In this document: piece by piece, positions 51,107 to 63,629 of the stretch
Numbering within the stretch: the first letter of the stretch is position 1
How the letters are laid out: every line of letters starts with the position of its first letter
Translations under genes and position numbers: made by a program
Assembly: GCF_006345805.1 (NCBI RefSeq)
Contig: NC_042998.1
Location: forward strand, 139,314,001-139,378,000
DNA from: Octopus sinensis
Taxonomy: Eukaryota
DNA: 64,000 nucleotides
Reading direction: 5' to 3'
Notes under the pieces: model-generated
Database searches by the model: none
What the model saw: only the letters and a program-made list of their open reading frames with translations
What the model was told of the DNA's origin: nothing

Positions 51107-52170
51107 GCTTCCAAATTCACCTTCAGAGCTTAGGTCAGCCTGGAGCTATAGAAGACACTTGCACAAGGTACCACACAGTGGCACTGAAACCAAAACCAGG
51201 TGGCTGCAAAGTGACATTCTTAACCACAGTGACTTGTGGATTGTTGACAGACATTTGAAGGACATGTCTTATGATAAAATAATCAATATTTGTCAGTGAA
51301 ATCTCTGTGTCCTCTGCTCTGACTAGAAAATACAACAAATTTCTCTCTCTCTCTCCTTTTCCATTTCCATAAATGATAGTCCAGTACAACATATAAAGAT
51401 GTGTAATTAACACTAGCCAATCCACTGTCACTATTGGTCCATATCTGTAACAAGGTCAACAGCTTCATTAAATCTACCATTATGTCTGGCTAGATCATTA
51501 GCAACTTGATATCATGTCTTTCAAAAAGCTCAAACATAACGCCACTGTAGTTTGATTTTTGAGATTCAAAGGCATATGACTAGTGATATATTTGGCCTCT
51601 GCAAAGCATGGCTAATTAAAATTAATCTTTTTGAAGGTAATAATGCTATCTGCTGAGAAATTCTCTCATACAATTAACCTTTCAGCAATAAATCTTGCAA
51701 TTAGCCTTTCAAATGCAAATCATAAAAATATGACACTGAATACAGTGACAGCTTTAATTTAAGAATACAGCAGAAATTTATACAATATGTGATATAATAT
51801 TGGCAGCTATAGAGGAATAAATGAATAAATTACTAGTAAAAGAAATATCGTGGCAGTTAGACAAAACCAATGTAAAAAGTTAATTTTGATAATATTTTAA
51901 ATGATTGTGGATAAAGGCCAAGAGTATTATGAATTCTTATAGTATCTGAGCAGAGCCCACTGTTATTTAAAAATTCTTTGTTCTAAGCTCGTAGAGAACC
52001 ATGAAATGCAATTTCTTTGGCAATTTTGTTTTCTGAAGCCTTTTAATTCTTAAAAGGATATAAATCCTTAAAAGGATATACAGGTCATACTGAAGGAGAA
52101 AATCTTTTGAAAACTAGATTCATTGTTATATAATTATCACCTCTTTTGCTCTTAGGACTGTTACAAATTA

Positions 52171-52343
52171 ATATACAGGGACATATATTAAATCTATATA
52201 TAATGGAGACAGGGATGTATAATGTCTAATACAATGGTGATGGATGTATAATATCTAATGTAATGGAGACAAGGATGTGTATCTAACAGAATGGAGGCAG
52301 GGATATGTATCTAATAGAACAGAGATAGGGATAATGTGTCTGA
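52171..52343. repeat. about 30-bp minisatellite x5-6 (TAATGGAGACAGGGATGTATAATGTCT-like)
   Basis: direct observation of degenerate tandem units. Confidence 0.8.
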
Positions 52344-52513
52344 CATTATGATCCTGTTCAGCATCCATCCATTGAAATCTACCTCTTCCATACCCTCTCC
52401 TATCTCTACCACTCTCTCTCTCCTTTCCATAGTACCATGGTACCCAATAAGAGATCACACTGAATCTATCCATATTCAATTCCCGCTACTACTATCTTTA
52501 GTCCTCCAACTTG

Positions 52514-52564
<51 letters not shown>

Positions 52565-52682
52565 CATGAATGCTTTCAACAAAGAATTGTTTCAGATCTG
52601 TAACTAATACAGAATGCCTGGAAAGTGTAGAAATAAAAAGGAACCATGAAAAATAAGGGCTTATTCTTGTAGTGAAGATGCA

Positions 52683-52996
52683 TGATTTAGTGATTAGGGT
52701 ACTCATCACATGATCATAAGGTCATGAGTTCATTTCCCCAGCAGCATGTGTCTATAAGCAAGACACTTTGTCACATTGCTCTAGTCCACTCCGCTGGTAA
52801 ATGTGAATAGTACCTGTGATTCAAAGGGCCAGCCTGGTCACACATTTTGCATCATACTGAATCTCCCTGAGAATTACGATGTTATCGGTATGCATGTCTG
52901 TGGAGTGCTCAACCATTTGCATGTTCATTTCACAAGCAGGCTGTTCCAATGATCAAATCGACTGGAACACTCATTGTCATAACAGACAGAGTGCCA
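52683..52996 (+). mobile_element. older SINE sharing its central domain with S3
   Basis: Shares CAAAGGGCCAGCC(T)TGTCACAC...GAATCTCCC...TGTGGAGTGCTCA with 27.9-28.0 kb; different 3' part. Confidence 0.7.
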
Positions 52997-53055
52997 ATCT
53001 ATTCTTGTAGGCTACAGGTTTATTGAAAAGAAGACAAGGAATGAAAGCAAATATA

Positions 53056-53191
53056 TAGGTGCAGGCATGGCTGTGTGGTAAGAAGTTTGCTTCTCAACCA
53101 CATGGTTCCAGGTTCAGTCCCACTGTATGGCAGCTTGGGTTGACCAAAGCCTTGTGAGTAGATTTGGTAGACAGAGACTGAAAGAAACCCA

Positions 53192-53243
<52 letters not shown>

Positions 53244-53435
53244 ATCACTGCTTGACAACTGGTGTTGGTGTGTTTACATCCCCATAACTTAGTGGTTCGG
53301 CAAAAGAGATTGACAGAATAAGTACTAGGCTTTAAAAAATAAGTCCTAGTGTTAATTTCTTTGACTAAAACCCTTCAAGGCAGTGCTCAAGCATGGCCAC
53401 AGTCTAATGACCAAAACAAGTAAAAGAATAAAAGA
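53056..53435 (+). mobile_element. S2 SINE with a small CORE-region deletion
   Basis: TAGGTGCAGG head to AAGTAAAAGAATAAAAG tail. Confidence 0.85.
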
Positions 53436-54281
53436 CTATTGAAAGTGAAAGTATAGAGTATTTAGTATATACTTTGACAAAGAATATATAGTGTATAGTT
53501 GAAAAGCAACAGAAAAGCCAAAGTTTAATTTGCTTTAACACAATTAGCCAAAAACTATTGACTAATTGGTTATACTTTAAGTTTTTGTGTTTAAAGAGAT
53601 ACATAGCCATGTAGCTCCTCTACAGCAAGAAACCTATTTCAGACCTACTTTCAGACATCATATAGCATAAAACCATTCCTCTCTACAGTAACCCAATTCA
53701 GTCAATGGGGATCATAGTCTTATGAACTGCATGGCAGCCTCATGAGTACTGGTACCACCAAAAATAGTACCCAGTACACTCTGTGAAGTGATTGCCATTA
53801 GAGAAGGCATCCAGCCGTGGAAACTATGACAAAGCAGACACTGAAGCATGATGCAGTTCTCAGATTTGGTGGATCCTGTCAAACTGTCCCAGTTCATGTC
53901 AGTATGCATGATGATGGATGTTAAAAGGTGATGACAATGACAACTGGGATGGGGTAGGCAGTTATGGCAGAACCAACGTTAATCCAAATTGAATTCAATT
54001 AATTTTTGTTTTGTATAAAATGCCATGGAATTACATGTATCATATTTCTGGGAAAATGTATATGCCACTCACATGCTATAGAGTGCATACTGTAACAGAT
54101 TTATACTGTATGTGACAATATTGCTAACCATGAGAATATATAAGCAGAATGAATAAGAAATTAGGCAAGGATTAATACTTGTTTGGAAAATTAAATCAAT
54201 GTGTCCTATTGCTAGTAGTTACAAGTTGATTCAGCAAAAAATTTTAGTTTCCTATATGAGCAGTCATCTAGGTTCTAAGAT

Positions 54282-54736
54282 TTAAACCTTTTGATACCAA
54301 CATGCCTGGGACCACACTGGCTCTATAATAGAAACTTCCTGCTTTAACCCTTTAGCATTCAGATCTGTCAAATCTAGAGCTTATTTATTCACATTGCTTT
54401 GAATCAATCATGGCTTATTGCTTAGCTTCAAGATTTCAATGATGTGATTGTATATTTTTAAAATGACAGTGTAGGGTGGGTGTGAGAAGTTGTTTCTAAC
54501 CAATTTGTACTGGTCAAATATTCTGCCAAAATAAATAGAATAACTGGGCCAGATAATAGCTAGTTCCAATACTAAATGGAATGATCTAAAGTAAAATCTT
54601 CCATTAAAATTCCATGTTAATTTATGTTTAAAATACCAGCTTGATAAACTTATTTTACTAAACTCTTCGTTATATTCAAACTTAATTGAAACAAAGGTTA
54701 TGTATTTCAACAAAAATATGGTAACAAAAAGGTTAA
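54282..54736 (+). mobile_element. composite: family-B MITE (about 54348-54579) nested in a family-A MITE
   Basis: A sequence breaks at TTAA 54344-54347 and resumes with (g)tgatctaaa. Confidence 0.75.
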
Positions 54737-55239
54737 GAATAAATGGAGAAATGACAATACTTAGTAGTTCAGCAACAGAGACCGATAGAATAAGTACCAG
54801 ACATTAAAAAAAAGTACTGAGATCATTCTTCCAACAAAGAAATTCTTCAAGCAGTGCCCCAGCATAGCTGCAGTCTAATGACTGAAACAAGTAAAAGAAA
54901 AAAGAATTGTGTATAGCGGTTTTTTATTCAACCAAGAGGTTATATGTGGACATCAGTGAGTGTTTTATTCACTTTTTCCTATATCCATTTTAATGGCATG
55001 TACTCATATATGCCATTAAAAATACCCAAAAGGGCCAAAATGCATCTGACACACTTGCTGGCCATTTCTGAAAAGAATTTTCATCTCTCTTTCTGATATT
55101 TATTACATTTTTAACACAGCACATCCACAAGAGATATTACCTCAGGGCAAATACTGCAGTTGCGGGACTATCAACAGAGGGTATACACATTAAGTATGAT
55201 ATATAGGTGGCTATTTTTCACAAATGTAAAAATATTGAT

Positions 55240-55448
55240 TTCAAATTTTAGCACAAAGCCAGTAATTCCAGGGGAGGAGGTAACTTAATTACATTGACTT
55301 CCAGTGCTCAACTGGTACTTATTTTATCAACCCCAAAAGGATGAAATGCAAAGTTGACCTCAGGAGAATTTGAACTCAGAATGTAAAGACAGACAAAATG
55401 CCACTATACATTTTATTTGGAGTGCTAACAATTCTGCCAGCTCACCTT
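55240..55448 (-). mobile_element. S1 SINE
   Basis: family match. Confidence 0.75.
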
Positions 55449-56749
55449 ATGTTCTATTGGATTTATCACATAACCTAAAGAACAGATAGACAAATGAAAA
55501 GCAGAGAGGTAGAAGCACCATGTGTTTGAATACAGTATTGTCTTGGAGAGGAAAAAAAATAAACATACACAAGTGGTGTGGACATAAATTGAGGTTAAAT
55601 GACAAAGCTCAAACAAAGACGAATTTGGATAATTCAAAGAAAGAATTACAGAGAAAATGACCATAAAGACAATTAAGCCTTGCTATTATAAACAATGTTA
55701 AATGATAAATGGGGAGAAAATCAATTCTACAATGAATCAAAGAAAAAATAAGTCGCCTTGTTCAAAGAACATATTCATACTACAGACTGTTAATTCAATA
55801 TATCAAATACAACCCACAAAAACTTTATAATGAGAATACAATCAAATTTTATCTATATTTTTTTCAGAGAAGACAAATTCAAACTGTTATTTTTAGTGCA
55901 GGGCAATTATATATTATATTTTAGCTTCAATCAAATACATATGCTGCCAAAAAAGTGTATTTGCTAACAACTGTTATTTTCTTTATTGATTAAACAAACA
56001 ACTCTAATATATTCTGTTGAAAATAATGGTATTTCAAGTACTCTGACATCTCCTGCAAGATTTATAATCAATTTGCATTTTTATTCATTCAATTGTCTTT
56101 TACATATATATCTTTGGGAAGATACGACATTCCAAGAATCTGTGTGATCAACATCTATGTAATTAGCCTTGAAAAATAAACTAAATAATGTTGCTTCAAC
56201 ATTACAAATATTTTCCTATTAATCTAAATAAATAAAATATTTTACATTGAAAATTTAAATCTGTTTGTCAGTAATAAAATATTTAATTTGTTGAGTCCTT
56301 GAAAACTTGGTTCAAAAAGATTATGGAATTTCTTTCTGAGATCCTAACTATTAGAGTTGTTTTGCTCACACACAGAGCAGACTTATGGCTCAATATTTCC
56401 AACCCACAATCATTTCATCTTTGTTTAAGATATTCTATTGTAATTATTATATATACATGTCTCCTTCCTTGTTTAAGACACTAAAATAGAATCTGAGGAA
56501 GATTTGACTGCTATTTCTAGTAGGCAAAGCAACCATATAGTATGGTAGAAGGTTAACATTGAAGTAAATAACGTTATGAAATAAGTCAAAAATTTAGGAA
56601 TAAACATGAAAATCCATGTTGATTAGATTTTCAGTAAATATTTGGTCTAAACAAAAGTACAATTTAGAAAAAAATCTCAACAGATTTGCAAATCAATGGA
56701 AAAAGAAACAAAGTGCAGGACTACAGACTACATTGTCAGAAGTTCATAA

Positions 56750-57045
56750 CTTATTTTGTGGTATCTCGAGAAGGTCATTATAAGAATAAAGAGCACTGGT
56801 TCTATTTCACTTCTTTTATTATTATTAGTCAATTGCTTAATCATTTAAGCAGTTAACTCATTAACTGATTAATCAGTCAGTCAATCAATCAGCTAAGTTT
56901 GCCAGTCCTTTTATCGCCATTTGCAACCACAATGACATGTCCCCTGGTAGGCAAGTGTTTATTACTGGCATTATGACCTTCCCAAGATACAATGAAATTT
57001 GTTTCAATACATGGGTTTACATCAAGAATCTTGCAAACCAAATGC
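56750..57045. mobile_element. second, asymmetrically deleted copy of the 15-kb foldback element
   Basis: Shares GCACTGGTTCTATTTCACTTCT, the core CATTTGCAACC..AATGACATG and an inverted outer arm. Confidence 0.6.
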
Positions 57046-57319
57046 AAAAATGAAAACTTATTATGATCTGTGCCTCGAGAGAAGATTTTCTACTTTTCTG
57101 ATGCACAACTACCACTGCTACCACATCCATTTCTTAAAACAATTGAGCTGACATTATAAAAATAGTTGAAATTTTCAATGGTCATCTGACCATTGGATAA
57201 AGTGAAGTGAAGTGGAACTGTGAGCCAAAAGAACAGTGTAAATCCAAAGGAAAAGACAGTTTGGAATTACTGAAATTTATCTATGAAGGAGAAAACTGAA
57301 ATGATATAAAAAATCTTTT

Positions 57320-57700
57320 ACTTGTTTCAGTCATTGGACCCTAGCCATGCTGGGGCATCACCTTGAATGGTTTTAGTCAAACAAATTGCTCCCAGTACTT
57401 AGAGAGTTTTAAATCTGATACTTAATTTATCAGTCTCTTTGGCCAAACTGCTAAGTTACAAGGAAGTAAACAAACCAACACTGACTGTCAAGCAGTGGTG
57501 AGGATAAGCACAGCCACACACATATGTGTGCACATATGATGGCTTCCATGCAGTTACCAAACCAAATTCATTCACAAGGCATTAGTCAACTGAGAGCAAT
57601 AGCAGAAGACACTTGCTAAAGTTGCTACACAGTGGGACCGAACCCAAAAGTATGCAGGTGCAAAGTGAACTTCTTAACCTAACCATACACCCATACCTGT
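57320..57700 (-). mobile_element. S2 SINE
   Basis: family match. Confidence 0.75.
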
Positions 57701-58074
57701 GCCTCAGAAAAATAAATATTATATTGCAACAATAATTACTCTGTATCATGACAGAAACTAACAAATATGGAACTCGAAGTACTTGAATTTGGGTTAAGAA
57801 AATAAAACTAAAGAAAGGCAAACAGAAAAAAATGTAATCAATATACTTGTGTAATCAGAGCACAAAATGTAATCAGATGTAATCCTTCATAATTAAGATG
57901 GTTTCAAACACAATAGCTTTTCTATTATTAATATCTATGTACCTAGCTAATTGTAAGTAACTAATTGATATACCAATATTAAGTGTTCGTATTTTAAAAC
58001 TCACTTTCCTCAAAGACTAAAGACTTATTAAAGTAATAAATTTCTGATTAAAACCCAAATATATCCATTCATAT

Positions 58075-58260
58075 ATCCCACTATTCCCAGGAGAATAACT
58101 AGGGTAGAATCCTCAGACCCCTCCTCTGTGGGGTCCTATCAGAAGCAACTATTATTACACTTTCTTGATGTATTCCTAAGCATGGCCAACGGAGACTATG
58201 GATATTATCCAACTGTCTTGCTTTTGGCCTAACCCACTAGGTCTCCTGCCAGTCGGCAAA
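58075..58260 (-). mobile_element. RTEX-like LINE 3' end fragment
   Basis: GAGACTATGGATATT shared with 49.86 kb and (reversed) 12.6 kb. Confidence 0.65.
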
Positions 58261-58289
58261 TATAATAAAGCAAATAGAATAAAATAAAC

Positions 58290-58481
58290 ATTGGTGCAGG
58301 CATACGGATGTATGGTTAAAAAATCTGCCTTACAACCACAATGTTTCGGGTTAATACCCATTGCCTTGCACCTTGAGCAAGTATCTTCTCTTATAGACCC
58401 AAGATAACCAAAGCATTGTGAATGAATTTAGTGGACAGAAATATGTGAAAGCCCATGGTACATGTGTATATATTAAATGTG

Positions 58482-58542
<61 letters not shown>

Positions 58543-58740
58543 TGTGTGTGTGTGTGTGTGAATGTGCATCTTTGTCCTACCACCACCACTTGACAACCTG
58601 TGTTTGTTTACATTTCCATAACTTACCAATTCAGCAATAGAGACTGATAGAGTAAGAAACGGGCTTTTAAAAAAAAAAGTACTGGGGATTAATCTGCTGA
58701 ACCTGTCAAGGCAGTGCCCCAGCAAGGCCACATTCTGTTG
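58290..58740 (+). mobile_element. S2 SINE with an expanded (TG)n
   Basis: family match. Confidence 0.75.
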
Positions 58741-58810
58741 ATAAATATAAAAAAAAAAAGTATATCCAAAAAGAATTTTTTAAATAAGTGAGAGCAAAAG
58801 TAACACATAC

Positions 58811-58932
58811 CTTGTCACGGTTGCTTCAAATTTCTGCAAGCAAGCAACTGAAGTCTCCACATTCAGGTGTCAATATATCACAAAATGGCTGGACAGCAGC
58901 TAACCCTGCAGTATTGCTGGGTCAGATAGATG
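58811..58932 (-). other. candidate 122-bp spliced exon
   Basis: gtattgtttttgtttatttgtag|CATC...GACAAG|gtatgt; GC-richer than flanks; stops in all frames. Confidence 0.4.
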
Positions 58933-59070
58933 CTACAAATAAACAAAAACAATACATTTATTATAAACATTGTGTGATGCAATTTGTTGCAGCTTTACAA
59001 CACAGAAAAAAGAGTAAACATAACACATGTGTGTGTATGTGTATGTGTATATATATATATATATATATAA

Positions 59071-59296
59071 GAGTAATCCCTCGCCATATTGCAATTCACC
59101 TATTGCGGTTTATTATTTAAGCTTGCATTGATTCCTCCATGGTTTTGTTTTGCATTTATGTTAAAATAAATATGTACAACATATAGAAAATAATTTTAAA
59201 AGTATACAGTACAGTACTGTTTCTGCTTCACAGATTTTCACATATCACGGGGGGGGGGAAGGGAGCATAACACCTGCGATAGTCAAGGGATTATTG
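59071..59296. mobile_element. Tigger-like MITE, degraded
   Basis: Ends (G)AGTAATCCCTCG / CAAGGGATTATTG, similar to the 39.5-kb TIR; CAGTACAGTACTG internal motif. Confidence 0.6.
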
Positions 59297-59315
59297 TGTG
59301 TGCGTATATATATAG

Positions 59316-59346
<31 letters not shown>

Positions 59347-59354
59347 GTGTGTGT

Positions 59355-59514
59355 GTAAAATCATCATCATTTAACGTCCATTTTCCATGCTGGCATGGGT
59401 TGGATGGTTTGACAGGAGCTGACTAAGTAGAAGACTGCACTAGGTTTCACTAACTGTTTTGGCATGGTTTTTACAGCTGGATGCCCTTCCTAACACCAAC
59501 CACCTTACAAAGTG

Positions 59515-59550
<36 letters not shown>

Positions 59551-60640
59551 CATACATACATACACTAAGTGAACAAAAATACTGCTACCATGGTCACAGA
59601 GTTGAAAAGTAGCTGTAGTCATTTGTCACAACTAAAGGCAAGATACATGGCTTTGTAAACCTGAAATAGCTATCACTTCTACTTCATGATGTGTGTATGC
59701 ATGTGTCTCATCATTTAATGTCTGTATTCCATGTTGGCATGGGATAGATGGTTTGAAAGAATCTGCTGAGCCAGATGACTATGATGAGTGCCAGTGTCTG
59801 CTTTGGCAAGGTTTCTACTGCTGGATGCCCTTCCTAATGTCAACCAATTTACAGAGTGCAATTGAGTACTTTTTTTTTTTTGTGGCATCAACACCAGTAA
59901 AATCACAAAGAAACTCTCAAGATAAAACCCTTTGACAGAGTGGGAGGCAGTATTGAGAAAGATAGCTTTGTGCCAGGTGTTGAGAAGCTAAAGTATGATG
60001 AAGAACCAGGAACAGGTGTCATACTATAGAAAAGATACATGGCTAGACACCTGTTTCTGTCTCCAAATCATAGTTTAGTATCACCTCCAATGATGCATTT
60101 TATTGCTCAAATGCAACGGTGCGATTTATGAGATACTTTTTTTTTAATCAAGATTATTAATCACTAATTACAATCAAGCTAATTTCAGATGTAAAAAAAC
60201 AAAGATATTGTTTCTCACAAAGGGAATGACACTGAATCTCAAATAGTTATATATTTATGTGGTAACTGTAAAGATGGAACATACATAGGTATCCAAATGG
60301 AATATAGAGATGGAATATACATAGGCTCACATACACATAGGTATCCAAACAAGTGAATATCAACATCATCATTTAATGTCCATGAGTAGAATGGTTTGAC
60401 AGGAATTGGCTAGTCAGAACACCATGCCAAGCTCTACTGTCTGTTTTTGGCACAGTTTCAATGGCTGGGTATCCTTCCTAATGTCAATCACTTTACAGAA
60501 TGTACTGGTTGCTTTTTTACATGGTACCAGCAGCAGTGAAGTCTCCAAGTAACTTACAGGACAAGACCACAACCCCCACCGACTGTAGGCATCTTACATT
60601 AGAAGAGAGGCATAGCTTCCTCAGATGGAGAAAGTAGAGA
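59355..60640 (-). mobile_element. cluster of three RTE 3' tail fragments (about 59355-59520, 59710-60040, 60360-60640)
   Basis: each begins (CAT)nTTAA(C/T)GTC and carries (C/G)TGG(A/G)T(G/A)(C/T)CCTTCCTAA. Confidence 0.7.
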
Positions 60641-60779
60641 AAATGGTAAAGATATGTTAGAAACAGGGAAGTCCCCTCCCCTCATCCTGGGGATAAGTGA
60701 GTAGGTAGGTGAGTTCACAAAATTTCAAAAGGAGAGTGGAAGCTAAAGGTGGAGGTATGAGAAACGATTTAACAGGAGC

Positions 60780-62040
60780 ATATTGAGATTTTTTCTGTTT
60801 GGCTGCCAAGGTCAATTTCTGTTTGATTTCATACTCAGTGTGATGAAACACTTTCATAGGCTAATCAATGCCATGAAAATCATTTTCACCATAAATCAAT
60901 AAATAAAGAGTTATTAGTAATCAAAGTTTAAAAATTTGGAGTAATTTCCATGAGCACTCTTTTGTCTGTAAGAAAGCACATTTTGACTAATATGTTCCAA
61001 TCATTGAGATGGTTGTCATATGTGCTACAAATAGCAACCAAATAGGCCTTAAATCATATACCAGAGGAGGATGCAGTTTCATAATTGTAAGAAAAGGGTG
61101 TTATGCCCAAAAGAAAATTATGCAAAATGAAGAAGCATTATAGGAGTACAAGAAAACATGGTAGGAATATGTATTGGCAATGCACACACCAAGGATGCAT
61201 GGAATCTGAATCAGTGAGGAAAGACATATGGTTTTAAGGTGGCACCCTTCCTCTTAGGCTTGTAGTGCTTTTCCTTTTCTCATGGGTTAAAGAATTGACT
61301 TCAATACAGTTTTGTGTTGAAGAACTGAAGATGAGCCACTGCACAGCTGTTGATTATAACAGCTAAGTTAGGGAAGTATGTGCAGAGGACTTGTTCTGAT
61401 CTTGGGAAGATTGTTGAGATGTTTGTTTTTTAAAAACATTTAATTTGTAATGTGCTATTTTGTTTTTGGATAAATCTTTGAAGTTTGTGCTATAAGTTAC
61501 TTATTTTGAGAAATATTTAATTTGTAATGTGTTGTTTATCATATTAAATGCATGTTCAATGCTTAAAACTAGAAAATACTTGTTTACTTGTTTCTTTTTT
61601 TGTCATTGGGGTGGTTGTGAGGTGTGCTAAAAATAACAGCTAAATAGGCCTTAAATCATGCACCCTCACAACTTATTTATGGCATGAAGTCTCGCATGTA
61701 GAATACAAATTTGCCAAAATTTTCTGAAAACTCAAAAAAACTAAACAGTTATGAGGGGTTATATGTCATGCATAATTCATTTGTTTACGGTTTCATATAA
61801 AAACACAAGTGCTATTTTCAGGATGTTCGCACAAAATGACAGCTTCCAAATCCCATTTCCTGACTGGGTGAAAATGATCACACTTAATACCTCTATAATT
61901 TTTTTTTTTCCTGGAAAAAGTGAAATAACTCCAGCAATTCAGATTTGGAAAACTACATTAATGTGCCAAATTTTAAAATTTTCAATAAACTTTGATTTTT
62001 GAAATCTTGGCAGCCAAACAGAAAAAAAAAACACATTATG
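60780..62040. mobile_element. probable DNA-transposon relic bounded by inverted repeats, interrupted by other repeats
   Basis: Perfect 22-bp inverted repeat TTTTTTCTGTTTGGCTGCCAAG (60789-60810 / 62006-62027) with further imperfect extension. Confidence 0.5.
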
Positions 62041-62204
62041 TGCAGGTAGATAGGTGGATATGAGAGGGAAAATGGAGGGAAGGGAGAAAACAAGGATGGT
62101 GAGCATGAATACCTTGTTAGGGAGAGAATCATCTTTTCAAGCACAGGGGGAGGGAGTCATGAACATGAATATTACTTTGCTGAGCAGGTCTGCTCCAGTA
62201 TAGC

Positions 62205-62425
62205 ATATCGACAGTTGTCTTGGCCCTTTGTTGTTATCTCTGTGAGGTTCAACATCTGAAGACCATTTCTCACCACTTCATCCTATGTCTTCCTGGGTCT
62301 TCCTCTTCCACAGGTTCCCTCCACAGTCAGAGATTAGTACTTTTTATGAACATGTCCTCAGTTATATGCATCACAAGGCCATACCAACGCAGTCTTCTCT
62401 CTTGTACACTACATTTGATGCCTCT
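62205..62425 (-). mobile_element. RTE LINE ORF C-terminus
   Basis: SVQERRLRWYGLVMH...VEGTCGRGRPRKT.DEVVR on the minus strand. Confidence 0.8.
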
Positions 62426-62435
62426 TATAGCCAAC

Positions 62436-62488
<53 letters not shown>

Positions 62489-63629
62489 TACACACACTCA
62501 CACAACATAGTGATTTTTTTTTCTTTTTTTTTACAAGTGAAATTTAACTCAAATACCAATCTAACACAAAATTCATCATCAGCATTTATCTCATCTGCAC
62601 CATCTCCATAAAAAAAAACCCTCTATTCTACAACTTACAGACACACTTCAGAGATAAGCTATGAATTAGTATCCATGCAGAAACTCAAGTGAAAATCGTA
62701 AAGAAAATAGAAAACAGAAATCCATAAGACAAAAGAGAAAAATTGAAAGGATAAATCAAAAGGCAGGTTTTGTTAAAACTCCTCCAACAGATCACTAAAA
62801 CTAGATATCAGTATAATTACATCATATTAGTTTGTCTCTCTTAAATACTTGATCCACCAAGATATGAGTGGGCTTTTGTGCATGGAGACATGAAACACTG
62901 AAGAGGGGGAGGAGAAAGGGAAAGAAACTGCAATTATCCTAGAAAGAAAGTTTGCCTTTATTGGTTGCTTTTTGATATTAATCAAGAGAGAACTCTAATA
63001 GCAAAATTGGTGAAAGCATATCTTTGCTCTTGTTCTGTTTTGTTTTTATATTTAGTACTCTAATTTCCAGTTGGTGGACAGCTGTTATGATTAACATTGA
63101 TCTGTCTTGTTTTTTTACTGTTTGTTTGTTTTTTCCCCTTTTCTTTTATTGTAAGCCACTTTGCTGCTATTTCCTCTCAACCACCAACTGTGTAATGTAA
63201 ATAGTCTTACAAAAGAGATTAAATACCAATATGGTGGTAGTCATACTATGAAGTAAATCATAAGTCTACAAGAAACAACAACAAATAAAACAAGTTCCAT
63301 ATTGACATTTAAGAAGCAAGGAAAGCATTTTTTATGCTATAAGAGAAATGGGAACAAATTAGCTAGCTACTCAAGCATTCAGCTCTCTACATCAAAAAAC
63401 AAAAACACAAGACAAATTCAATATATCAAAGAGGAAGGCAGCTTAAATCACAGAAATAAATTATGATTTTGTCTCCAAATATACCACATCATCAATCAAT
63501 CAATCAATCAATAATGCATATATATATTTAGCAAATTATAGATATGTAAGATTACCATCATTCTTTTACTAACAACATCAATGAAAGAATAATTTTAAAA
63601 CAAACCTAATGGCTGAAGAACTATAACTT

